64,000 bases of DNA from an uncultured Clostridia bacterium (GTDB taxonomy: Bacteria; Bacillota; Clostridia; Peptostreptococcales; Anaerovoracaceae), in the NCBI GenBank assembly GCA_934233735.1, contig CAKQGQ010000005.1, forward strand, positions 24,778 to 88,777. Reading direction: 5' to 3'. The notes under the pieces are model-generated. The model saw only the letters and a list, made by a program, of their open reading frames with translations. It made no database searches and was not told the DNA's origin. This document shows positions 19,129 through 28,022 of the stretch, piece by piece. Each line of letters begins with the position of its first letter. The stretch's first letter is position 1. The position numbers were made by a program, and so were the translations under genes.

Positions 19129-22100
19129 ATGGCAATCAGAAAAGAAGACCTGGCAGCAGAAATAAAAAACACAATGCAAAATATCAATGATGAGCCGCAA
19201 ACGTTTCGCGATGTGCTGAAAAGCATTTCAAACACATACCGATATTCCTTTGAAAATCAGATGGCCATTTTTTCACAAAGAAAAGATGTCATGGCAGTTG
19301 CAAGCATGAATTTGTGGAATCGGCTGCACCGAAGTGTACAGAAAGGACATATTGGTATTCGCCTGCTAAACAGGGAAGACTTCAGCAGACAAATTTATGT
19401 ATGGGATATCAATGATACAGAAGGCGAAGAAATTAAGCTGTGGCAGCTTCAAGACGCAAAAGAGAATACCATTTCAAACGCTTTGCAGCGCATCTGCGGA
19501 GAAAAAGAAGAAAGTTTGGAAGAAAAAATCGGAAGAATTGTGAAAGAGGAAGCCGAAGAAATCTATATGCAAAGACTGGAAGGATTCACAAGGAGAAAAA
19601 AAGACAGCTTAACGGAAGAATACATTGCTGCAATCGGAGACGGATTCGAGGTTGCATCGAAAATGGCAGCCTACCTATGCAAGTTACGGTGTGGTTTGGT
19701 TACTGACCGTTTGCCGCAAGACGCATTTGGCTTTTATGATATTCCAAAGCCTATCCGGGAAGACGAAGATTATTTTTATATGCTTTTTTCATCTGCGAGC
19801 GAAGCCGCATCCGGAATGCTTTCCTTCATTTCACAGGAAGTAAAAAAGGAAATTGCAGAAAAAAGAAAAATCCAGTACAATAAAGAAAAAGAAGAGGAAA
19901 GGGGAAGAAACAATGAGAACGGCAAAGGAAATAACGGAGAAGAAGAGCTGGATGCAGATGGGCAGATACGGCCGCGCAAGGGAAGCATTTTTACAGAAAG
20001 AGAATCCGAAACTGTACAGACAGATGCTGGCGGAAGGCGTGATGCTGGAGTATCTGACGGACACGGACAAGAGCGCGCAGCAGATGAGGGAGAATATCAT
20101 GAGGCAGAAGATGAAAAAAGAGGGCGTGAGCGAAGAACTGAAAGCGCAGAACCCACAGGAATGGACAGCGAGGATGAATCAAATCATGATAGAAGCGGAC
20201 AGCATCGTCATGCGGGAAATGATTTTGACCTTATAAGCATAGACAACCATATCTGTAGGAAGATGGATGAATGGCAGCAGGATACTGCAAGCTATATGCT
20301 TGGACAATGCCTTGAGGATGAAGCTTTTTTCTACGTAGCGGCTCGTGAAACCATTGAGGACTTTCAGGGAAAATACACCTATGAATTTGACCGGATGCCG
20401 GAACGGGAAAGCGTGCAGGATGTCCATATTTCACATATTGCAGAACTTGCTATTGACCGAAACGAGGCGAAAGCAGAAGGATATGCTTTCCCACAAGGAA
20501 GAGGGACGGATTTTGATACCGTAGAAGTGCAGGCAGCCAGCCGAAGCAATTATAAAGGATACAATGTTTTCGCTAAATTTAACCGATACAGCAGGGATAA
20601 CGAGTATCAAATTTTAATGGGAAAACAAGAGAATTATCATGTCGAAGATGGAAAAGGGCTTTACGACAATCGTGATAATTCTCTTCTTTTTATCACAGAA
20701 AACCGGCGCATGTTCGGACTACTGGATGCCGGGCGCGGCTGGGTAAAAAGCCAGCAGGAGATGATTGACGTCGGAGCCTTTACAGAGGAAGACTACCGGG
20801 AGTATGCAGAACTTGAAAATGGAATTTTAAGTCATTTTGATAAGCTGCAGGACAAAATGTTTTCTATTGATATTGATAACGATGCGAGCGGAGAAGCGTT
20901 TATCTATCCGAAGTGGCGCAAAGAAAGAAATATTGACCTGATTGACCGTGCGATGCGCCTGATTGATGAATACTGCATGGAAGAATTCGAGCATCATGCG
21001 GACTTTTCCGAGCCGGAAGAAGTAGGCCTTGCATGCACGGAAACATCAGACGGAAAGCATGAAATCCAGGTTTCCTGCGATTTGCTTCATTTTGAAATCC
21101 GGACGCAAATTGACGGAGTGATGGTTGATAAAAGAAACTATGACACTTTGCAGGAACTGATCGATCAGGAACTTGTTTTCTTAGAATTTTCGGCATTAAC
21201 ACAGAATCTTCCGGAACATGTATGGAAGGATAAAAACCTTCGATACTCGGTTCTTGAAGTCTATGGACGAGGCGTATATGGCATATGGGACAATCAAGAA
21301 GAAGCCTTTATCAGCATCGATGAGAAGGATATCACGACCTTTGCGACAGAAGCAGAGGCGCTCGCTGCACTGAATCCGCCGAAAGATATTACACCGGAAC
21401 TGGTGGAAATCGGGGAACAGATAAGCTTTATAAATACGCAAAGCGTAAAACATACTGCGGATTTGATTACGAAGGATGATATTGACCAAATTCTGATGTA
21501 TGGAAGCAACGATCGGCTGGGAAGAGCAAAAATCTGTCTCGAATATATGAAAAGAAAATCTGCAGAAGAAATAATAGAAAGTCTCCCTTCTGTTTATAAA
21601 GGCAGTTACGGACTTAAAACGCTCGAAAAGGAAATCAGTGCAAGATATGAAAAAGAAGGAATATTCCTCTCAATCGGAGGAGGTTTCAATGAGAATGACT
21701 GTATACTTCTTTCATGGAGAATGGCGGAAGATAAAATCCGCAGCATGATAGAGAAAGGCACTTTTGCAAGCAGAAGCGATGTTGCCATGGCGCATGGATA
21801 TGAGAAAACTTTTACTGCTGAAAGCTTGATCGAAATGTGGCACGACCTATCGGATGAAGCAAAAATGCAGCACTATCTTCCGAGCATAGAGAAAATCGAA
21901 AATCAAAAGCTCGGAAGAGAAGGCAGTAAAGAAATTTTGGCAGAAAAATTCTATGATGAATTTTTCCTGCAGGTTATCACCGGAGAATATGAGCGTTTCT
22001 ATCAGGACTACCTGAAAAACCCAAATTTACTGCGATTCTCTTTTCACAAAACAGAGGCACTTCGTACGCATCTTAAGGAACTTAGCATACCGCTTACGCA

Positions 22101-25100
22101 GCTTTCGATGCAGGCGCAGGCCATGACAGAGCCTGCAAGTTTTATCACCCATGATGAAATCATGTACGCTTTGAAAGAGGGCAGTATGTTTGCCGGAGGA
22201 AAGTACCGCATTTATCGATATTTTCAGGAAAAGCACAGTCTGAAGGAAAAAGCCGCATTTCTTTCCGGAGAATATGGCACCGGTGGACATTCCTATGCTT
22301 TTGCAGGAGAAAATTGGAGTGAACAAAATCATGACAGTAAAGGCCTCGAATATCAAAAGTACGATTGTGAAACCATTAAACTTTCGTGGAGCCAGGCTGC
22401 ACATCGAATTGATGAACTGATACAAAGGGAAGACTATTTAACGGATGAGGAACTTCTTGAAATCGCAAAGGAAAAAGAGCTGCAGGAGGAAAATCCTGAA
22501 GACAAGGCAGAAGTGACAAACGCTGCTTCGGAAAGCAATTCGGCGGCAGAGGAACAAACTGCGGCCGAAAACTATAGCATTACAAACGAAGCGCTTGGAG
22601 ATGGAAGCAAAGCGGAAAAAATACGACGAAATCTTGACGCAATTCGGACGCTGAAAGAAATTGAAAGCAGAGGAACTTTAGCAACTTCATCCGAGCAGGA
22701 TATCTTGGCCGGATATGTGGGCTGGGGCGGAATCCCCGAAATTTTCGAGGAAAAGCATGCACAGCATCAAGAGCTGAAAAACTTGCTCACGGAAGAAGAA
22801 TATACGAGTGCAAGACAGAGCGTTCTTAGTGCGTATTATACCAAGCCGGTTGTCATCGATGCGATGTACGGGATGCTAAAAAACTTCGGCTTTGACGGTG
22901 GAAACCTGTTAGAACCATCTTGCGGCGTCGGAAACTTTTTCGGAAGACTGCCAAGTGCTATGCGCGAAAGCACGAATCTTTATGGAGTGGAACTTGACAG
23001 CCTTACCGCGCGGCTTGCACAGATGATTTATCCGCAGGCAAAGATTATCCAAGCAGGATATGAAGAAACAAATTTTGAAGACAATTCCTTTGATATTGCC
23101 ATCGGTAATGTACCGTTTGGTGATTTTGGAGTAAATGACCATGCCTATAAAGAAAACTTTTTGATTCATGATTATTTCTTTGCCAAAACGCTGGATAAGG
23201 TAAGAAGCGGCGGGCTGATACTGTTTATTACATCAAGCGGGACAATGGATAAGAAGTCATCAAAAGTCAGAGAGTACCTTGCAAAACGTGCGGATCTTCT
23301 CGGTGCGATTCGGCTTCCAAACAGCGCATTCTCGAATGCCGGAACAAAGGTTACAAGTGATATTTTGGTTCTGCAGAAAAAGGAGATTCCAAAAGAACCG
23401 GAGGAAAACCTTGCATGGCTGCATGTGGGAACCGATGAAAAGGGGCTTTCGTATAACCAATATTTCATTGAGCATCCGGAGATGATTGTCGGGACGATGC
23501 AGGAAGTAACCGGTCCGTATGGAAACGCTGCTGCCTGCATTCTTTCGGACCCGGAAAGACTGAAAGAAAAACTAACAGAAGCAGTAGAGAAAATAAACGG
23601 ACACTACAGCCCGATTGTTATCTTCGATGAAGATGAGGAAGAAACAGACAGTATCCCTGCAGATATTGCTATGCCGAGCTTTTCTTACTCGGTGAAGGAC
23701 GAAAAACTTTTTTACAAAGAAACATCCGTTATGTATCCGGTGGATAGGGGAAGCACGGTAAACGGAAGAATCGCAGGCATGATTAAAATACGGGAAAGCT
23801 TGCGCGAACTGATTCAGGCACAGATGGAAGATAAAGACGATGAAGAAATTCATGCGCTGCAGGAAAGACTTATGGGCATCTATCAGAGCTTTGTAAAAAA
23901 GCATGGTGCAGTCAGCAGCAGGGCGAATGCACTGGCATTTCGTGATGACAGCGCCTATCCGCTGATTTGCTCGCTTGAGGAGCTGGACGAGGAAGGCAAT
24001 GTAAAAAAGCTTGCAGATATTTTCCACAAACGAACCATCAGTGCAAAAAAAGAATACACAAGCGTGGCAAGTGCAAAGGATGCACTTGCTATTTCTTTGC
24101 GGGAAAAAGGATATGTGGACATTTCCTATATGCAAAGTCTTTATGATAAGAGCGAAAACGAAATTGTAACCGACCTTTCCGGTCAGATTTTCAGAAAACC
24201 GGATTTTGAGCAGGACGCCGAGCCGCAATATTTGACAAGAGATGAGTACCTGTCCGGAAATGTGCGGCGAAAACTTGCTGAAGCAAAAGCAGCAGATGAA
24301 GGGCTGGGAGGTATCTATCAGGAAAATGTTGCAGCACTTACCGAAGCACTTCCCAAGTGGCTGGACGGCTCTCAAATTGATGTCAGACTTGGCAGCACGT
24401 GGGTACCGCCGCATATTGTCGAGGAATTTATCGCAGAACTTTTAAATGTGCAAGGCTGGGGGCGTCAGTCGCTTTCTGTGACCTATAACAGTCTTTCGGG
24501 AACTTGGAATGTAGACGGCGGATATCGATGGTCAGTCGAAGCGACAAGGACTTACGGAACAAGTAAGGCAGATGCTTACCGCATTATCCGAGATACGCTC
24601 AATCTTCGAACGGTAAATATCACAGAAGAAGATTCTGAGGGAAGGCGTGTAACCAACCTGCAGGAAACAACACTTGCCTGTCAGAAGCAGGATATGATTA
24701 AGGATAAATTTAAGCAGTGGGTTTGGAAGGATATTGACAGACGAAAGGAACTTGAAGAAATCTATAATAAGCAGTTTAACAGCGTTGTTCCGAGAAAGTA
24801 TGATGGAAGTTTTCTTGACTTTCCGGGAATGAATGCGTCAATTACCTTAAAGCCACATCAAAAAGATGCGGTAGCACGGCAGATTTTCGGTGGGAATACA
24901 CTTCTCGCTCACACCGTCGGCGCAGGCAAAACTTTTGAGATGGCAACCGCTATCATGGAAAAGAAACGCCTTGGATTATGCCATAAAGCAATGCTTGTTG
25001 TGCCAAACCATCTGACAGACCAATGGGCAAATGAATTTTTACGGCTGTATCCAAACGCAAAAGTGCTTGCAACAACGAAAAAGGATTTTACACCAATGAA

Positions 25101-27327
25101 CCGAAAGCGTTTCTGCTCAAGGATTGCAACCGGAGATTACGATGCAATTATCATCGGGCATAGCCAGTTTGAAAGAATTCCGCTGTCGAAAGAAAGGCAG
25201 ACTGCGTTTATCAATCTGCAGATTACGGATATTGAAAAGGAAATTACGGTACTCAAAGAGATGCACGGCGAGAGAGTTTCCATTAAGCAGCTTGAGCTGA
25301 TGAAGAAAAAACTTGCTACAAAACTCCAAGCACTCAATGATGCAAGCGTCAAAGATAATACCGTAACCTTTGAAGAACTGGGGATTGATTTCCTTTGTGT
25401 GGATGAGGCGCACAACTACAAAAATCTCGCGCTAAACACGAAGATGAGTAATGTCGCAGGCATTTCCGGCGCGTCGGCAAATAAAGCTTATGATATGTTT
25501 GCAAAATGTAGATACCTGGACGAAATCACAGACGGATGCGGCATTACCTTTGCAACCGGAACGCCGGTATCAAACTCCATGGCAGAGCTGTATACCATGC
25601 AGCGCTACCTGCAGTATGATACGCTAAAGGAAATGAATCTGTTATCCTTTGATGCATGGGCATCAACCTTTGGCGAGACAGTAAGTGCATGGGAGCTGGC
25701 ACCGGAGGGGACGAAGTACAAGAGAAGAACGCGCTTTGCAAAATTCTTCAATCTTCCGGAACTTATGGGAAGCTTCTGCGAAGTTGCGGATATTAAGACC
25801 GCAGATATGCTGAATCTTGATACGCCGAATGTTGTGCAGGAGACGGTTACTGTGCCTGCTACCCAGGTGCAGCTTCAGACACTTCGAGAGATTGGAAAGC
25901 GCGCAGATGCAATCAGGGAAGGCAGTATCGATCCGTCGATTGACAATATGCTTAAGATTACAACGGACGGCAGAAAGCTTGCACTTGACGAACGCATTCT
26001 TTTGGGAGGAAGCGAACACCCGCTTGGAAAGACAAAGGTAGACTACCTGGTTGAAGCCGCAGCCGAGATTTATCACAGAACCGCAGAAAAGAAGTCAACA
26101 CAACTCATATTCTGTGATTTAAGCACGCCCAAAAGGGATGGCAGCTTTAGCATTTATGATGAAGTGAAGAAAGGACTGATTGCGCATGGTGTAGCGGAAG
26201 AAGAAATTGCATTTATGCATGACTATAACAGCGACAGTCAAAAAGAGAATGTCAGAAGAAAAGTACGTACCGGTGCGGTTCGGTTTCTTCTTGGAAGCAC
26301 GGCTCTCATGGGCGAGGGAATGAACGTGCAAAACAAGCTGATTGCCATTCATCATTTGGATGTACCGTGGCGTCCGAAAGACCTTGACCAAAGACAAGGA
26401 AGAATTGAACGTCAGGGAAATGAAAACGAAGAGGTATATGTATACCGCTATATTACAGCCAATACTTTTGATGCTTATTCCTGGCAGACACTTGAAACCA
26501 AACAGCGCTATATTTCGCAGATTATGACCAGTAAATCACCGGCGCGAAGCATGGAAGACATCGACGACACCTGTCTTGACTATGCCGCAACAAAATCACT
26601 TTGTACCGGAAATCCGAAAATCAAAGAGAAAATGGAACTTGAAAATGACATTTCGCAGCTGAAACTCTTAGAACAAAGTTATCACTCTGCGCAGATTCAT
26701 ATGCAGGAGGAGCTTTATCGGTCGTATCCTGAAAGCCTTGCAGCAAAACTGAAAGAACTGAAGCTTTGCGAGGAAGATAATGCCTTGTATCAAAAAAATA
26801 AAGGAGATAAGACTGTGCAGGTAGCAGATGCTGCTTTTACGAATCCTGATGCCGCAGGCACCGCACTGTTTGCACTTACTGCGAAGTACAAAAACGAACC
26901 GGGCTGGAAAAAGATTGGCTCCTATAAGGGCTTTGACATCAGCACAATGTTTGAGGACAGCTATTACAAGCTGCGTGTAAAGAATCCGGAAAAGAGCAGC
27001 GGTTACATCATCAAGCGAGGCGCGGATCCGGAGAAAATCGTACCTAATATTGATGAACTTTTTGAAGGCTACAGCGAGAAGATTTCAAAGCTGAAAGAAA
27101 CGATTGAAGGTCTGGAAAGAAACATGGAAAAACTGAAAAAGGAACTTGAAGTGCCGTTTGCGTATGCGAAAGAGCTTTCAGAAAAGGAGAAAAGGCTGGA
27201 AAGGCTCGATGAAGAACTTCTGCAAGAGCAGCAGGCAAATACGGCCGAAAGTGCAGAAGAAAAACTTCCTGAAAGCGAGGAAGAAGTGACCTATGAAAAA
27301 TGTGAGGACGAGGAATGGGATATATAG
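19129..27327 (+). CDS. Giant polyvalent protein: ArdC-N-like domain, uncharacterised LPD-type modules, N6-adenine DNA methyltransferase, SNF2/DEAH helicase, coiled-coil tail
   Basis: ATG at 19129 after AGGAGGAG.
- N-terminus YSFENQMAIFSQ...WNRLHRSVQKGHIGIRL is ArdC-N-like.
- Methyltransferase motif I is LEPSCGVGNFFG (about 22909) and motif IV is GNVPFG (about 23104).
- Helicase motif I is AHTVGAGKTF (about 24907), motif II is VDEAHNYKN (about 25399), and motif VI is QRQGRIERQG (about 26389).
- The frame is uninterrupted for 2732 codons. Confidence 0.88.
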   Translation: MAIRKEDLAAEIKNTMQNINDEPQTFRDVLKSISNTYRYSFENQMAIFSQRKDVMAVASMNLWNRLHRSVQKGHIGIRLLNREDFSRQIYVWDINDTEGEEIKLWQLQDAKENTISNALQRICGEKEESLEEKIGRIVKEEAEEIYMQRLEGFTRRKKDSLTEEYIAAIGDGFEVASKMAAYLCKLRCGLVTDRLPQDAFGFYDIPKPIREDEDYFYMLFSSASEAASGMLSFISQEVKKEIAEKRKIQYNKEKEEERGRNNENGKGNNGEEELDADGQIRPRKGSIFTERESETVQTDAGGRRDAGVSDGHGQERAADEGEYHEAEDEKRGRERRTESAEPTGMDSEDESNHDRSGQHRHAGNDFDLISIDNHICRKMDEWQQDTASYMLGQCLEDEAFFYVAARETIEDFQGKYTYEFDRMPERESVQDVHISHIAELAIDRNEAKAEGYAFPQGRGTDFDTVEVQAASRSNYKGYNVFAKFNRYSRDNEYQILMGKQENYHVEDGKGLYDNRDNSLLFITENRRMFGLLDAGRGWVKSQQEMIDVGAFTEEDYREYAELENGILSHFDKLQDKMFSIDIDNDASGEAFIYPKWRKERNIDLIDRAMRLIDEYCMEEFEHHADFSEPEEVGLACTETSDGKHEIQVSCDLLHFEIRTQIDGVMVDKRNYDTLQELIDQELVFLEFSALTQNLPEHVWKDKNLRYSVLEVYGRGVYGIWDNQEEAFISIDEKDITTFATEAEALAALNPPKDITPELVEIGEQISFINTQSVKHTADLITKDDIDQILMYGSNDRLGRAKICLEYMKRKSAEEIIESLPSVYKGSYGLKTLEKEISARYEKEGIFLSIGGGFNENDCILLSWRMAEDKIRSMIEKGTFASRSDVAMAHGYEKTFTAESLIEMWHDLSDEAKMQHYLPSIEKIENQKLGREGSKEILAEKFYDEFFLQVITGEYERFYQDYLKNPNLLRFSFHKTEALRTHLKELSIPLTQLSMQAQAMTEPASFITHDEIMYALKEGSMFAGGKYRIYRYFQEKHSLKEKAAFLSGEYGTGGHSYAFAGENWSEQNHDSKGLEYQKYDCETIKLSWSQAAHRIDELIQREDYLTDEELLEIAKEKELQEENPEDKAEVTNAASESNSAAEEQTAAENYSITNEALGDGSKAEKIRRNLDAIRTLKEIESRGTLATSSEQDILAGYVGWGGIPEIFEEKHAQHQELKNLLTEEEYTSARQSVLSAYYTKPVVIDAMYGMLKNFGFDGGNLLEPSCGVGNFFGRLPSAMRESTNLYGVELDSLTARLAQMIYPQAKIIQAGYEETNFEDNSFDIAIGNVPFGDFGVNDHAYKENFLIHDYFFAKTLDKVRSGGLILFITSSGTMDKKSSKVREYLAKRADLLGAIRLPNSAFSNAGTKVTSDILVLQKKEIPKEPEENLAWLHVGTDEKGLSYNQYFIEHPEMIVGTMQEVTGPYGNAAACILSDPERLKEKLTEAVEKINGHYSPIVIFDEDEEETDSIPADIAMPSFSYSVKDEKLFYKETSVMYPVDRGSTVNGRIAGMIKIRESLRELIQAQMEDKDDEEIHALQERLMGIYQSFVKKHGAVSSRANALAFRDDSAYPLICSLEELDEEGNVKKLADIFHKRTISAKKEYTSVASAKDALAISLREKGYVDISYMQSLYDKSENEIVTDLSGQIFRKPDFEQDAEPQYLTRDEYLSGNVRRKLAEAKAADEGLGGIYQENVAALTEALPKWLDGSQIDVRLGSTWVPPHIVEEFIAELLNVQGWGRQSLSVTYNSLSGTWNVDGGYRWSVEATRTYGTSKADAYRIIRDTLNLRTVNITEEDSEGRRVTNLQETTLACQKQDMIKDKFKQWVWKDIDRRKELEEIYNKQFNSVVPRKYDGSFLDFPGMNASITLKPHQKDAVARQIFGGNTLLAHTVGAGKTFEMATAIMEKKRLGLCHKAMLVVPNHLTDQWANEFLRLYPNAKVLATTKKDFTPMNRKRFCSRIATGDYDAIIIGHSQFERIPLSKERQTAFINLQITDIEKEITVLKEMHGERVSIKQLELMKKKLATKLQALNDASVKDNTVTFEELGIDFLCVDEAHNYKNLALNTKMSNVAGISGASANKAYDMFAKCRYLDEITDGCGITFATGTPVSNSMAELYTMQRYLQYDTLKEMNLLSFDAWASTFGETVSAWELAPEGTKYKRRTRFAKFFNLPELMGSFCEVADIKTADMLNLDTPNVVQETVTVPATQVQLQTLREIGKRADAIREGSIDPSIDNMLKITTDGRKLALDERILLGGSEHPLGKTKVDYLVEAAAEIYHRTAEKKSTQLIFCDLSTPKRDGSFSIYDEVKKGLIAHGVAEEEIAFMHDYNSDSQKENVRRKVRTGAVRFLLGSTALMGEGMNVQNKLIAIHHLDVPWRPKDLDQRQGRIERQGNENEEVYVYRYITANTFDAYSWQTLETKQRYISQIMTSKSPARSMEDIDDTCLDYAATKSLCTGNPKIKEKMELENDISQLKLLEQSYHSAQIHMQEELYRSYPESLAAKLKELKLCEEDNALYQKNKGDKTVQVADAAFTNPDAAGTALFALTAKYKNEPGWKKIGSYKGFDISTMFEDSYYKLRVKNPEKSSGYIIKRGADPEKIVPNIDELFEGYSEKISKLKETIEGLERNMEKLKKELEVPFAYAKELSEKEKRLERLDEELLQEQQANTAESAEEKLPESEEEVTYEKCEDEEWDI
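19913..20236 (+). CDS. tnpV: TnpV-family small protein, nested in the +1 frame inside the giant ORF
   Basis: 107 aa. GRYGRAREAFLQKENPKLYRQMLAEGVMLEYL...EGVSEELKAQNPQEWTARMNQIMIEADSIVMREMIL follows the TnpV pattern (G.WG....YL....P.LY..L..G.L..YL...AQ...EGVTEELKA....W...MN.I...AEEI...E.I). Own RBS AGGAAAGGGGAAG, and the stop falls at the family's natural C-terminus. Confidence 0.7.
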   Translation: MRTAKEITEKKSWMQMGRYGRAREAFLQKENPKLYRQMLAEGVMLEYLTDTDKSAQQMRENIMRQKMKKEGVSEELKAQNPQEWTARMNQIMIEADSIVMREMILTL

Positions 27328-27346
27328 AGAAATATCCCAATTCTCA

Positions 27347-27375
27347 TTGTAGAAATCAGAAGAACATGGTAAAAT
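27347..27375 (+). promoter_or_regulatory. Candidate promoter TTGTAG-17-(TGg)TAAAAT
   Basis: -35-like hexamer at 27347-27352 and extended -10 TGgTAAAAT ending at 27375, about 28 nt before the 27403 CDS. Confidence 0.5.
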
Positions 27376-27402
27376 ATTATTAGCGAAAAGGGGGCGAAGA
27401 AA

Positions 27403-27600
27403 ATGGAAAAGAAATACACATCAAAAGAGGTTCTTGCGATTTTGGAAAAAACCTTTCCTGAAAGCGAAGTTGATTTTCAGCCGGAGTTTTTGGATAACGC
27501 GGAATTTACACAAAAGCAGCTTGATAAAATCATTGAAAATTTTCCGGCTATTGAGGGGAATCTCCAAAAAAAGTATACCTATAACGGGTACAGTCTGTAG
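27403..27600 (+). CDS. Small hypothetical protein
   Basis: 65-aa ORF. Its RBS/start block is almost identical to that of the next gene. Confidence 0.5.
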   Translation: MEKKYTSKEVLAILEKTFPESEVDFQPEFLDNAEFTQKQLDKIIENFPAIEGNLQKKYTYNGYSL

Positions 27601-27617
27601 GAAAAGGGGCGAAGAAA

Positions 27618-28022
27618 ATGGAATATATTTCAGGAATCCACGCACTGAATCTTCCGTGCGAGCTTGAGACCTGCGGAGACTGGCATACATCGGCGCTGCA
27701 ATGGAAAAAGCCTTTTGTACGAGAATCAAACGGCAGCCTTTTCGGTGATTACGGAATCGAAAAGAATAAGACGATACCGGAGCACGAGGAGCGATATTAT
27801 GCAGCAAACCACATCCGGGCATTGCTGGATCTCTTAGAAGAGGGGCGATTTTCCGTTGCGCAGGGGATGCGAGATGATTTTATCTGCAATGACAAATACG
27901 ACGAGGAGATCTTTGCGAAGGTATGGATGCTAAGAGGCTTGCCAAACTGGGAAAACATTGACCGTTTCATGCAGAAAGAATATTACCGAAAATGGAGAAA
28001 TTACAAGGAGAAGCATTCATGA
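27618..28022 (+). CDS. Hypothetical protein, putative partner (antitoxin position) of the AbiEii-like gene
   Basis: 134-aa ORF. Its stop overlaps the downstream ATG (ATGA). No wHTH/AbiEi signature recognised. Confidence 0.55.
   Translation: MEYISGIHALNLPCELETCGDWHTSALQWKKPFVRESNGSLFGDYGIEKNKTIPEHEERYYAANHIRALLDLLEEGRFSVAQGMRDDFICNDKYDEEIFAKVWMLRGLPNWENIDRFMQKEYYRKWRNYKEKHS

Noticed and set aside
19853-19912. Longer version of the nested TnpV ORF starting at 19853
   Set aside because: Position 19853 is a TTG without an RBS. The ATG at 19913 has a good RBS, and the family similarity begins after it.
23572-24414. 280-aa minus-strand ORF (and similar antisense ORFs at 17811..18440, 10664..11161, 25663..26076 and 38114..38533)
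   Set aside because: They lie entirely antisense to well-supported + strand genes and have low-complexity or Cys/Phe-rich translations. They lack RBSs and are typical shadow ORFs.
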